Positions 35,451-47,378 of a stretch of DNA of 64,000 nt are shown in pieces (the stretch's first letter is position 1; each line of letters opens with the position of its first letter). The stretch is taken from the NCBI GenBank assembly GCA_047967505.1, contig CM106538.1; one strand, given 5' to 3'. Below the pieces are notes generated by a model. The model saw only the letters and a program-made list of their open reading frames with translations, was not told where the DNA came from and ran no database searches. A program made the translations under genes and the position numbers. The stretch comes from Dipteris shenzhenensis (taxonomy: Eukaryota).

Positions 35451-37310
35451 TGTATTCGCTTGCAAGTGGCAATTTTAGATTGAATCCTGGTTTCAATGTA
35501 AGAATATCTTTATTGATGATGTGAGGTAGTAAAGGTTGCCCATAAATGCTTTGAAAAAGGTAAAGACACAAGGGAAGGAACACCATGCAGCAATTGGTAC
35601 AATGAAGAGTGCAAAAGGGCCAATGAAGCATGGAAAACAGCAGGAAAAGCAGATAACCAGCAAGGGAAAGATATTATAGAAAGAGGCTTGGAAGCAAGAA
35701 AAGAAGGTCTATTAAGGACAAACAGTTTGAACAATTCTCGGAGCTAGCAAACTAACAATAACAAACAGAGAAAGTGGCTGCCACATGGGCAGCATATGGG
35801 CTGCCATGTGGAAAGTACACCTAGAAGCATTACTGGCAAGGTGGAGGTTCACTTGAGGTCTGCATCTGTATGGAACAGGTGTCAGCAGCAACAGTATGGT
35901 GCAGTCAGGGCCAGGTTTGGTGGCCTGGAACAGGTCAACGAAAGCCTGGGATCAAACAGAAGTTGTACAAAAGCTTGGCGCCTACTGTACGGACTGTCCG
36001 CGGGAGCTGTATGGAGGTGGCATGGGTTTGCAGGCAGGGAAAGGTCCAGGAGCAGGTTGGAGCTGAATATGAGACTGGTTGGTTTTGCCCTAGAGACACC
36101 ACAGGTCTTTAGAAACCCACTATAGCTGCTTATGCTTGGGCACTGATGACGACATAAGTGTTGCTTTTCTTGCTAGATATGTCTACCTTTTGTTTTTATA
36201 TTTATTTATTTTCTGTTAGCTCATTGTTCTTCTCTTTCTTTCTTTTTTTCCCTCTCTTTTATTGTCATTGTAGAATTTTCGACTTTAGAGGAACAAAAAC
36301 CTGAATTTGTATGATCGGATATATTCTAGTCTTACAAAGGTATATATATATATGGGCCAGGAAAGGCCTGGAAAAGACCCTATTGGGGTAGATCAGGGCC
36401 TGCGCCACCGGCAGACTGCCATGTGGCCAGGCGGGACAGTCAGGGCAGCCACATGGCTGCATGTGGGGCTGTGCTTATAGACCAGCAGGTCGGCCCCCCG
36501 GATTGAGGGGTTGGCATGTCTAGGTCGGTTGATTCAGGGGCCCATAGGCTTTATAAAAGGGAGCCCCTTGGGCTCATTCCATCATCCACATTGTGAGCAG
36601 ATTGGAGCTTCCAGTAACCTGCATCAAGGTCCTTTGGAGGAGCACATACATGCGGCAAAGGAGGTGACTACAACACGGTTCAAAGAGCTCGTGGGTCTTC
36701 ACTTTTTGCTTTCTTCCAGGTCAGCAAGGTGGATGGAAGTCAGAAGGAGATTGTGCCGCACCATTGGCTGCACATCAGGGTAGCAAGGAGGTCAAGTCTT
36801 CACAGCACACACTGCCTTTTGTTTGCCTGCCTGGGAGGGGCAGCTTGAAGGTGTGTTTACAGGCACGATAATGAGGCCAACCCAAGCACTACGGGAGCAC
36901 ACAGGCTGAGTATTTTAGAAGTGCCACGGAGGTAGGATAACAACCTACTTTGTTAGTACAAGGGTCCACGTTTTGGTGGGACACTGGACTTGTCTTTTGT
37001 ACGGTGTCCATCTCTTGGACGGAAATATATACTATGGTTCAACATCTCTCTCATGAGCATTGTTTATTTACTTGCTTGCACATGTATGTTGAGTACACTT
37101 TAAGGAAATAAGTTTTGGATTCCACATAGCACCATTGTGTGTGCGTGTGTGTAGGTACATATACATGCTTACGCACACACACGCTTTCTTTTTTGTAAGA
37201 GCACACACTTTTTTAGCACTACCTTCCAGGCAGCGCTATCGTTACAACTCTCTCTCTCTCACGGAGTTTGCAAATCATTCGAACTTCCCTATACATGGGC
37301 TTCCATCACA
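35451..37310 (+). mobile_element. Candidate large solo LTR
   Basis: TG...CA ends flanked by AGTGT/GGTGT (one mismatch); TATA-like CTTTATAAAAGG at ~36550; no coding motifs. Boundaries tentative. Confidence 0.4.
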
Positions 37311-37521
37311 GGTGTTGCAAATTAATCATTCATTCATCTTGACAATTGTTTTCCTTTGACAGAACCAATTGAAGGCAGTGCTCACGAGTACTTGTACTCA
37401 CTTTTTTTACTTTGAAGAAAGATTTCATTTAGAAAAATATACATTTATAACTGTCCAAAGTGGGACAGCTACTACTCAAAACTAGAAACAATAATAAAAG
37501 ACTTCCAACTGGGCCTGAGGA

Positions 37522-37523
<2 letters not shown>

Positions 37524-37577
<54 letters not shown>

Positions 37578-37810
37578 ATGTATATGTACATATGTTTGTG
37601 TGGGTACGTACGTATGTATGCATGAATGGTATGTATGTATACAAAGAGATGTACATATATATACATGCATGCATGCGTGCATGCGTACATACATCCATAC
37701 ATACACACATGTATGTATGTATGTATGTATGGGTGGATGGATGGATGATGTATGTATGTATGTACGTACGTACATGCGTACATGCATGTATGCATGTATG
37801 CTTGTATGCT
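37524..37810. repeat. Compound microsatellite (CA)n/(TATG)n/(TGCA)n/(GATG)n
   Basis: Directly visible. Confidence 0.97.
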
Positions 37811-37815
37811 TGTTG

Positions 37816-40800
37816 TGTAAGATAAGGACTGTCTGGACAGCAACCCTAACTGTGCGGAATAAACTTGAAACACTCTTGAAAAGACTCAGACAATACAGGA
37901 ATAGTACTCACTATATTCATCCACCAAGCGTGGGGGAAAAGAGCCCAAACATACTGCCAAGGTTGCTGGGTAAAATCACATGCAAGGAAGATGCCTCCTA
38001 CTCAGATCTACAGAAGATAAAATCTGCGACACTCTAGTCACGGGGATTTCAAAGGCTCAGTTTGTTGAGTAGAATTGACCCAAAATGGCCACCTATTTAT
38101 AGGCAATGCAGGGACCTAGAGTCTGCTCAAAAATGGCTGACTGTGCAATGCTTACTGCCTGACTTTGTCTGCAGATCCACCCGACTAGAACTCAACCTGT
38201 TTTGGTGCATTTGTGGTCCAGATATAGTCGCCTACTTCCCAAGCTATAAATTGGCCCTGGCAGTGGCTTAAGCATGCTCTTTTTGATGACCTGCTCCAGC
38301 CAAGGATGCCATGTTGACCCGTGGCAGTTCCGGCTTCTGTTCTAGGACTTGCCAGTCCACCATATGTGCTGTAAACCCTACGCAATGCTCCTGTCCAGGT
38401 ATACTCGCTATCTACAGTGCCTTGACCAATTATCATCCTCATTTGGGGACTCATAGGTGGATTAGTGGCACGGCAACATCCCCTCTCCATGACTCGACTG
38501 TGGGCCAATGCCCATGTGTCTGATGAGAAACTCTAGCTGCTCTAGGAATAGTGTTGGTTAAAATATCGGAGATTTTGTCCTGTGTTAGGCAATACAGCAG
38601 CTCTATGATCTCGTCCTGGATCAGCTCCGAAATGCGGTGACACTGAAGCTCGGTGTGCTTCGTACGAGTGTGGGACAGTGGGTTCTTTGCAATCGCTATG
38701 CAACTCATGTTGTCGCACCTGATCACCACCACCTCCTTCTGAAGAACTCCCATGGCCTCAAGTATCCATGTGAGCCAAATGGACTCGCATGCTGCCAAAC
38801 AAGCTGCCCTATATTCTGCCTCCGTAGAAGATGGCGCAATTGTAGGTTGCTTCTTGCTTGGCCATGATATGGCACCCTCTACAAGCGTGAAGCAGTAACC
38901 TGAGTTGAACGCTGTGCATTCCAATTCTTTCCCAATCCGAATCACAAAATCCTTCGGGATTACTACCGGAGCATACATGATCCCGCAGCTGGTTGTGCCT
39001 TTGAGGTACCTGACAGTCCTGAATCCAGCCTTCATGTGATCCTCCCTTGGTTTGATTGAGAATTGATAGAGTACTCCAACTGCAAAAGCTATGTCAGGCC
39101 TGGTATTTGTTAAATACAGCAAACTACCAAACATTCTCAGGTATGTTGCTGCATCTACCGACTGAGAATGCTTCATCCCGACCTCCATTGGAGTTGGTGC
39201 TTCTTTGCAATCCTGCATCTGAAATCTCTTCATCACCTCTTGACAGAACCTTTCTTGACAAATGAATATGCTATCATTCTTTTGTCAAACCTCAATGCCA
39301 TGGGAATAATCAAGAAACCCCAGATTTGTCATTTTGAACTCTTGCATCAAGATCCTTTGACCACTTGGATCTTCCTCTCATGATCGCCTTTGATTATCAA
39401 ATCCTCAACATATATCATGGTCTTACTCCTTCTATGGCAGATAGAGGTTAGGATCAGACGGACTACGAGATATCCCAATCTCATGGAAGTAGTCATCAAC
39501 CATGTGGTACCATGCCTTCGGGGGCTGTTTCAGCCCGTATAATGCGCTGTGAAGTCTGCACATCTTCTTCCCACCACCTGGATGTCGAAACCGTTCTGGT
39601 TGCTCAACATACACTTCTTCTTGAAGCACATCATTTTAAGAAGGATGCTTCACGTCCATCTGCAACTGATGGTGGGCTGCCAAAGCCATGATGGTGTGGA
39701 TGGTAGTTCATTTTGGCTGTAAGGAGCAAATGTCTTTCCATAGTCAACTCCTTCTGCTTGTGCGTAGACTTTGACCAAAAGTCTCACCTTGTACTTAACC
39801 AAAGTGCCATGTACTTAGCACGATAAACCCATTTGGTTCCTATAATCTTCCTCTTTCGGGGTCTATCAACAAGATCCCAAGTGTGGTTCTTTAAAACGAC
39901 ATCCATCTTTGCTTTCATACCAGCCCACCACTCTGGTACTCCATTTACTTCTTCAAAGGTTCTAGGTTCCACCATATTCTAGTTAAGGCGTAGTTCATGG
40001 TAAGGGCTTTTCTTTGAGACCTCCTCAACTCCGAACTACCCTCCCGAATCTTTGTTGCTGCTGAATCCTTCAAGGTCTTTAGGGACCACTTTTGTAGCAT
40101 TCTTTCCTTCGCCGAGGTTGGTCTTGTTGGTGTGGGTGCCTCAGACTCTTTCTTTGATTCTTCGGCTTCTAGTTTCTTTGTCTCCTCTTCTTGTGTGATA
40201 GCAAGTCTCTGTCTTTGGGGAGTAGTTGGAGCTTCCAATGTAGTTACTTGTGGCTCTAACTCTTGGAACACCACATCTATGCTTACCACCGGCTTCTTCA
40301 TTTCTGGTTCGTACAATTGATATGCCTTTGACTCTTCACTGTATCCAATGAAGATACACCTTTTGCTCTTGGGATCCAACTTGCTCCTATCTAGAATAGA
40401 AATTCCTTAAATGAGAAATTATAGGCTTCTTATCATAATAAGCTTTGTATGTAGTCTTCCTTCCACCACTTTGGTCTTTAGTCTATTTAGGATGTGGACA
40501 GCTGCACGGACTGCCTCACACTAAAAAGATCTAGGAAGCTTCCTCCTTCTAGCACACACAAGCCCATTTTAGTGTTTGTGTAGTTCTTCGTTTTAGCCAC
40601 CCCGTTCTATTGGGATGTGTGCGTCATAGGCAGCTGTTTTTTTATCCCTTGCTTCTTGCAGTGGGCGTCAAAAGCCCTAGAGATAAACTCTCTCCCCCCC
40701 CCGGTCAGCTCAAAAGGCTTGATCTTCTTCTCTTGATCCATGCCTTCCACTCTTGGAACTTGGTGAAGGCTTGAGACTTCTTAGCAATACAATATATTCA

Positions 40801-40900
40801 TGTTGAAATCGTCAATAAAAGTCAGATAGTAGGCGGCTCTTGAAAGTAACATCGTGGACATCTTTCCACATATATATGAGTGTGGCACTTTGGCTCGTTG
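37816..40900 (-). mobile_element. Degraded Ty1/Copia (integrase, RT, RNase H, PPT, 3' LTR), 5'-truncated
   Basis: LDPKSKRCIFIGY, TWDLV, ALYGLKQ, SLLYLTNTRPDI and SSTEAEY; PPT GGAGAGGGGA then LTR ~38478-37816; stops at a (CT)n tract 40987-41036. Confidence 0.9.
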
Positions 40901-40984
40901 CGTGGCCTCCTTTAGGAGCGCATCCCGATGTTGCTTGCCCTCTATGCAAGCTTCATAGACTTGTGCACTCTCTCCAATATGTGT

Positions 40985-41039
<55 letters not shown>

Positions 41040-41880
41040 GATCGTTCATTTCTGAAAGCGTTCTACAGCTCATCTTTTTGAACGTTTTGTGCCACAACTT
41101 TGAATTGCCTATATCTGCTTGAGCCATCAAGGCCCTGATTTTGGACAGCCCATGCTCCTCTGTTCCTCTTTGCAAGCACCTTACTGTAGAATTGGGATTA
41201 GGAGCCAGTAATGTCATGATGAAGGACTCGAGCACATCAATGTTTAGGCCAAACAAGGTCGGACTCGGCGATTATAGACATCCTTGTTTGACCCCAATCA
41301 TGCTGGTGATCTTTTTTGTCCATCCAATCGACGTTCTGACTTTGCTTGGCACATGTTGGTATCTTCTCCAGACTGCGCATGGCCTGACTATACCCTTGAT
41401 CACTTTTATACCCAAGTAGAGCCATCTCTTGATTGATATGAGGATGGTTCAGTAGCGTATCTTTATGTGCGCTAGAGTGTGGCCCTTGGCACTAATAGCC
41501 AATTAGAGGGGAGTGGATGCCCGGCTTTGAGTGACCTAGCTAGGAAGGGTGGGTCAGCCTTACTGGCCATCCTCTTCTTGCTTTGTTGTTACACAGACAT
41601 GAATTACCCTCCCATCAAGGCTTCTTTGAAAATCAGCAGATCTTTGTCACAGGCTGTGATCGCCCTTTTGACCTAGTCCCCAACATGAGTTCAACGATAG
41701 TGGTTGGGATGGGTATTGCTTCCATGATTGTGCCAAGAAGCAGCCACATAGATTGATCCTGTGAAAGAGGCTCAAGCTGGCCTTGGTGAACGGCATGGTA
41801 GACAACTTGATGCTCCCTTCTTCCGAGTAGAGGGCTTTCAAGAAAGAGACTTGGCCATTGGAAGAAGGATCTAAAGGTTT
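41040..41880 (-). mobile_element. Possible L1-type LINE ORF2 C-terminal remnant
   Basis: Fragmented minus-strand ORFs of LINE-like character; no catalytic motif confirmed. Confidence 0.35.
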
Positions 41881-42269
41881 ATTACAAGCAAGATTGGTTT
41901 TATCTCCTCTCTTAAAGGTTGATAATGCTTGTAGCCTTTTTCATGATGCTTGCTGTGCTTTGTTTCTTGCCTACTATCTGTAAAACACTGAGAAATAGGT
42001 TATTCAGGAAAATTCTTTTTCATGCCTTCAAGTGGGTTTGTTGCAGAGAAATTAGCTGTTTAAGTACCCAAATTATGTGTTCAAGTTGTTTAAGGGTTTT
42101 GCTGCTCTTGAATGGGATTTGAAACAGCTTGAATCTACTTCACAGTGGACTGGGTCTCTATCTTCTGGACTTCTGAGCTGCACTGTTGGAAATGGAAAAT
42201 AATTAAAAGTGACAGTTCCCAAGGTACCATTTCGAGCATTGTTTGACTGCGAAAAATCATTGGATGCAG

Positions 42270-42339
42270 ATCAGTCAATGAGGGTTTTCAATTCAATACA
42301 CAGACAAATCTTGTACCAGTCTTGGCTACGGCTGTTAAG
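42270..42339 (+). CDS. DNPEP: Aspartyl aminopeptidase, coding exon 5
   Basis: TGCAG acceptor; (R)SVNEGFQFNTQTNLVPVLATAVK; GTTAG donor; phase 2 matches exon 4. Confidence 0.9.
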
Positions 42340-42537
42340 GTTAGAGTTAGTTGAATCGGTGGTTGAATGTATTACCATTGGCTTTTATTTCATAGACAAG
42401 GTCTTGGTGTGGACAGTAAATAGTGATGGAGACAATCTTTAGTTCATTCAGCCAGGATATACATTTTTAACATTAGACTCTGTTTGTCTGTTTGACGCAT
42501 ATGAAATGTTCCTTAACATTCTGCTATGCAAATACAG

Positions 42538-42693
42538 GATGAAATCAACAAGCTCACAAACAGTCAAAATTACTGCTTGCAAGCCATGGAAAAAGGCGCC
42601 AATGCAGCAACCAATCTTCAGCATGATACACCTAAGAAGATTCAAAGTGGAGATGAGGGTGTGGCTGAAATACACCATCCACTTCTTTTGGAG
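42538..42693 (+). CDS. DNPEP: Aspartyl aminopeptidase, coding exon 6
   Basis: TACAG acceptor; DEINKL...variable loop...IHHPLLLE; GTAAC donor; 52 open codons. Confidence 0.88.
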
Positions 42694-42778
42694 GTAACGG
42701 CATAACGAAATTCAATATGGTTTTGTTTTCAGGGCTGTCAGCACTATTTCTTCTGATGCATGTGTTTTTTGAACACAG

Positions 42779-42934
42779 CTGCTTGCCTATGAGTTAGGCT
42801 GTCAACCAGGAGAAATTTGTGACTTTGAACTGCAAGTGTGTGATACGCAACCAAGCATAATAGGAGGTGCACTTAAGGAGTTCATCTTTTCTGGGCGTCT
42901 CGACAACCTGTGCATGTCATTTTGTTCCTTGAAG
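42779..42934 (+). CDS. DNPEP: Aspartyl aminopeptidase, coding exon 7 (GC donor; gene incomplete in window)
   Basis: CACAG acceptor; LLAYELGCQPGEICDFELQVCDTQPSIIGGALKEFIFSGRLDNLCMSFCSLK with the RLDNL metal-ligand motif; followed by AAG|GCAATC. Confidence 0.93.
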
Positions 42935-43065
42935 GCAATCCTTTTCTAACGTCATTTCTGCCGAAGTTTTGAATTTCTCTTTCTCCTGTTTGTATGAATA
43001 AGTTCCGGAACCTCAAGTAACGGTGAAGTATTTTCTTGTAAGGTTGCATGGAAGATTAGTTTGGA

Positions 43066-43199
43066 AATAATAACCTTGTGGAATAAACCAACTCAACATT
43101 CTGTATATTCATCAATCACAAATCATTGTGAGAGCACTTGAAAATCAGTTAATCACAAATAACCTTGTGGAATAAACCAACTCAACATTCTGTATATTC
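43066..43199. repeat. ~43-bp direct repeat (2 copies)
   Basis: ATAACCTTGTGGAATAAACCAACTCAACATTCTGTATATTC at ~43070 and ~43159. Confidence 0.9.
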
Positions 43200-43289
43200 T
43201 GTATCCTAAAGGCTTCGATACTAATGTAGCTCCTAATCACTGCATCTGTTGGCCATGAATGCAGGAGTTCCTACCTAGCTAGATTAGCA

Positions 43290-43690
43290 CGATGCCCTGG
43301 TATCTATTACCTTTATAACCTTCAGTTGCCTACCATTATCACTTGGGCTGTACAGTACATCTGACTTACTACAAGATTCACTTCTTTCTTCATATGATGG
43401 ATTGAATCAGCCCCATCTTATCTTCGACAATGTCCTCATTTTGGCAAGCAGTTGAATGCGCCAAGAAAAAGCCACCAGCCCTTGGCCATTTTTCCTTGAC
43501 TTTGAGAAGGCATATGATAGAGTCAACTGGAGCTTCTTGGAGAGAATCCTATGTCGCATGGGCTTCTCTAGGCCAAGCTCTCAGACAGAGTGACAGAGAG
43601 GACGGTTTTTAGATGCATACACACCAGGATGGGAAAGACCTTGGCTTCATATGGGTAAAGAGAGGCACCACCACCAGGTATCTGGGTATA
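43290..43690 (+). mobile_element. L1-type LINE RT fragment
   Basis: IFDNVL, LDFEKAYDRVNWSFLE and a downstream RYLG remnant. Confidence 0.8.
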
Positions 43691-46600
43691 GTCTTCACAA
43701 GCAGTTGCAGCTTGAATGAAGAGAATATGGACTAATTTTTTATTAGCCTTCTCCTTTAGTGCTAGCCTTTGTCATGGCTGAGTCAGACCTTCACCTCCGG
43801 AGTGCTAGCTATGTCCAAAGGAAGCTGCAAAAAGCGGGCTTTGGCTGATATTCACTGCTCAAAAGAGACAAGGAGGCAGCTGGAGAGAGCTTTACTTTGC
43901 ATTAGGAAGAGTGGGCAGGAGGTAGCTCCATGGGGAAGGAAGAAAGGAGGGCAGTTCCATAAAAATGGGGAGGGGAACTTTGCAAAGGGATGCTGAAACT
44001 CCCCCTCCTTTTATATCCCCAAGGTAGGGTCGATCACCCCTTGAATTAGAAGGTATGTAGGGGGCTGGAAGGCTTACATTTGGCACGTGGAATTGCTTTG
44101 GTGGGCTGTGTTCCAAGGCAACTTTCCTTTCCAGTTTTGGGTGGATTGTGGAAGAGTCCCTAGAAAGTTGGTGTACTGGATGGACACTTGGTCCAAGAGG
44201 TGACATGTGGGTGCCATGCGAGAATGGCCTGCCACTTATCCAATATGTTTAGGAATCTTGTGGAATGCCGCCATAGCCATTCCATATTGTAGGTTGTCAT
44301 GTGTACATTGCCACGCATTAGAGGGTGCCAAATCACATGTTGCCAGGTGTCACAGGGGATGCTCAACCTGCCATGTGTCATGAGCTGAATTTAAACATGT
44401 GCTCAAATGAGTATCAATTTTTTTTGTAATCATAAATATTCAGTTGAACTGGTCAATACCGCTTTGATTTGGCTTCTGATTTCACTATGAGATTCTTGGT
44501 ATTATTTCTATCCAATATGGTGAATCTAGGATTATTTCTAGACTCTTTGGCTTGGTCAGCCTTCTCACATATTCTATCATCTATGGGCTATTAGGCCTAT
44601 TTAGTTTATCATCTTGCCCTGTATCTCCTTGTCCCTTTCATGTTCTAAGGCCAATGCAAGAAAACTAAAAACATTTTCCTCAATGGTTGCTAGGTCAATA
44701 TACATTGTGTGCCTTTGATTGGTCTTGAATTCGGGTACTCGAGTGGGTTGTGGTCTTTTTCCTTCGTAGGGGTACTTTTCATCTAATAATTAATTACCAA
44801 GCAAGTGATACACGAGAAGAGACTTTTCGTCTGATATGGGAGATGCTATGTATCTTCCAATGTAGTGGAAGATCTAGCTGAATTGAAAACTGGTTAATAA
44901 CTCTCAATATTACTTGGAAAGAAAGAAAGAAAGAGTGAGTTTATTAAAAGTCTTCGGAAGACCAAAGGATCTATGAGACTAAAAGAAACTGATACAATGA
45001 GCTGAGGGGTGGAGCCATCAAGCGGGCATCAACACCCATGACGAATACAAAAGAAAATCCATAATCATGATCATAATGGCATCAATACATAGGAAGAACT
45101 CTCTTTGAGCTCATGGAGAGGATGGGAGCTGGTGGGGGCGTCAACCCTAAGAGGAGGTCGTCGATGTGTGAGGCTGCTGTGGTAGCAAGCGAGGACGCCG
45201 AGTGATCATCAGGGTGAGAGTTCGGCAAGCCAAAGAAACGGCGACTATGCCGCATGCGAGAGCCTATTCCGTCATGCAGCGATAGACGCCTCGGGCTTGA
45301 GCTTGGTGTTGGGATGGTCGCCTCAATCCCTCCTGCCAAGAACCCTCAGTAAAGAACCGCAAGTTTGGAATGAAACTTGTGAAGGAGTGCTGGCGGCTGT
45401 CTATACGTATATAGTGGCGAGAGAAAGTTTTAAGCAGTTTTCAATTTGACATTTGTGAACAGAAGTGACACCTTATCCCTTCATGGGTATATATAAACTT
45501 AATTTTTGTTAATGAAAGTTAGTATTTAACAATTAGTCATATTGTTTGGGTCTCTCCTAATTATCTTATTGAGTGATCTTGCTTGCTTGTGTCTATGTGT
45601 GAAGCTTGACACTTAGTTTCCACGAGGCTCTCTAGCCTAGGTTCGGTGGGGCTGTGTTAGGAATGTCACTGCCCCACCTATGAGCCCCCGATTTGAGGGG
45701 ACAAGGGGGTAGGAGACTATAGGGGGATAAGGGCTGAGAGTACTTGGCTGACTGGCAATGGTAGTTTTGATTAATTGGGAGAGAGATAAGAAGATTGTTC
45801 AATTGATGTCCTTACTTGCGTATGAAGAAGATAATGGAACTAGAATTGGTGAACTAAGTCGCGTCCGCTAGAGAATCATTGCAACCCCTACTTTCATAGA
45901 GCTTGCCTCATAAGATCTCTCACTAAAGACATAACTAGAATGATGTCCTACCTTTTGGGAGTACATCGGAAGAATGCCAAAATTGTCATTGAAAAGTTGG
46001 ATATTCAACTTTCTTTTAAAAAACAGCAAAAGGAACTTTCTATTAATGCTTGGAAAAATCAACCATACAAGTCAGCTGTCCTGAAGGCATTGACCATGGG
46101 AAACAAAATTCGAAAAACTGGCTGAAACAAGAACAGCCTGCTTCCAAAGAGCCCAGCTCATTGCCTAGGGAATCTCTGGTACGGGGGCTAACAACCATGG
46201 ATCCCTTGCCTTGCGAAAATGTGAAAAATTCTTGCAGGCCAAGCCTTGCAAAACCTTTTGGTTAGACCGCTTTAGAACCTGATGTCCCGTGCTCCCAAGT
46301 GGCGTGCAGGGTGTAGATGATATCCTGCCAGTGGTCGCCACGGGTGGAACGCGATGCTTGCCCATTACTAAGCTACAACGCACAACCTAGATGTTCCATG
46401 CCATGATGCTGGCCATTTTTCCCACACACCGTCCTCTGGAGAGGAGAGGGGATGATGCTGAGCAGGTGGGATGGCCTCATGTAGCTCAATCTTGTGAATG
46501 CTTCGTCCATGTATCTCGTAGGCTAGGGAGACCTCATTGATGTGGAAGGCATGGCCCCCCTTTGTCAACCTGGATGCCATGCCCCCAAGTGAAGTCTTGT

Positions 46601-47287
46601 TGGGTCCTTTGCATCCAAGCCACAATCCATAGGGATCCCAACCGGCACTGGTCAACTCCATAGGCAGTGCGGGATCGTCTCTAGAACTTCGTCTAAGCAG
46701 CAGTGCCATCACCCATCCACCCGCATTTGCTCCAACCAAGGGCATGTGGCTAAGCCCCTGTGGGGTTGACCAACCAGAAGAAATAAGAGATCTATCGTGG
46801 CCATATGTTGGACCCGCCCAAAATCTAGTTTTGACCTCTTGGGGCACCTATTGCTCAACCCAATGTCTCTCTGTTGAAGGAGTCCATGCCGAGGCCTCCA
46901 TCTAGAGCCCGCATCCCTATTCGTGTCGTCTAAGAATAGAAGGCCACATCATCCACACGCTCTGTGTGGCCAAATGTAGACAACCAAAACAATGCTCCCC
47001 GATCCCATTGGATCTCCCGAAGGGGCCAGCCTTCCAAAGCCAAGGGCACCATTGGGGTGCATCCTGATCCGAGATACTAGTAGAGTCAATGAAAAACTCG
47101 TTGCTCAAACGGCCCACTACCTTGATTATCTGCCATTGAAGCAAATCTAGGCTCCCATCCCTCGGTCACTGCAATGCCCAATAACAATCCTCAAGGGTAC
47201 CCTTGTCCTGGAAAATTGACCCAACCGCTCGCTATCTGCCCATGTCTGAAGTGCTGCCCTCTATGACTTAGGAATGGTTGCATCTGT

Positions 47288-47336
47288 CTCTCTCATCTAA
47301 TCCTATCTACTCTCCCTCCTTTTTCCTCCTTGCAGC

Positions 47337-47378
<42 letters not shown>

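Noticed and set aside
37429-38037. Several 90-145 aa ORFs rich in C/V/H/T/Y/M
   Set aside because: They are translations of microsatellites; the same applies to the ORFs at 20710-21385 and 40840-41256.
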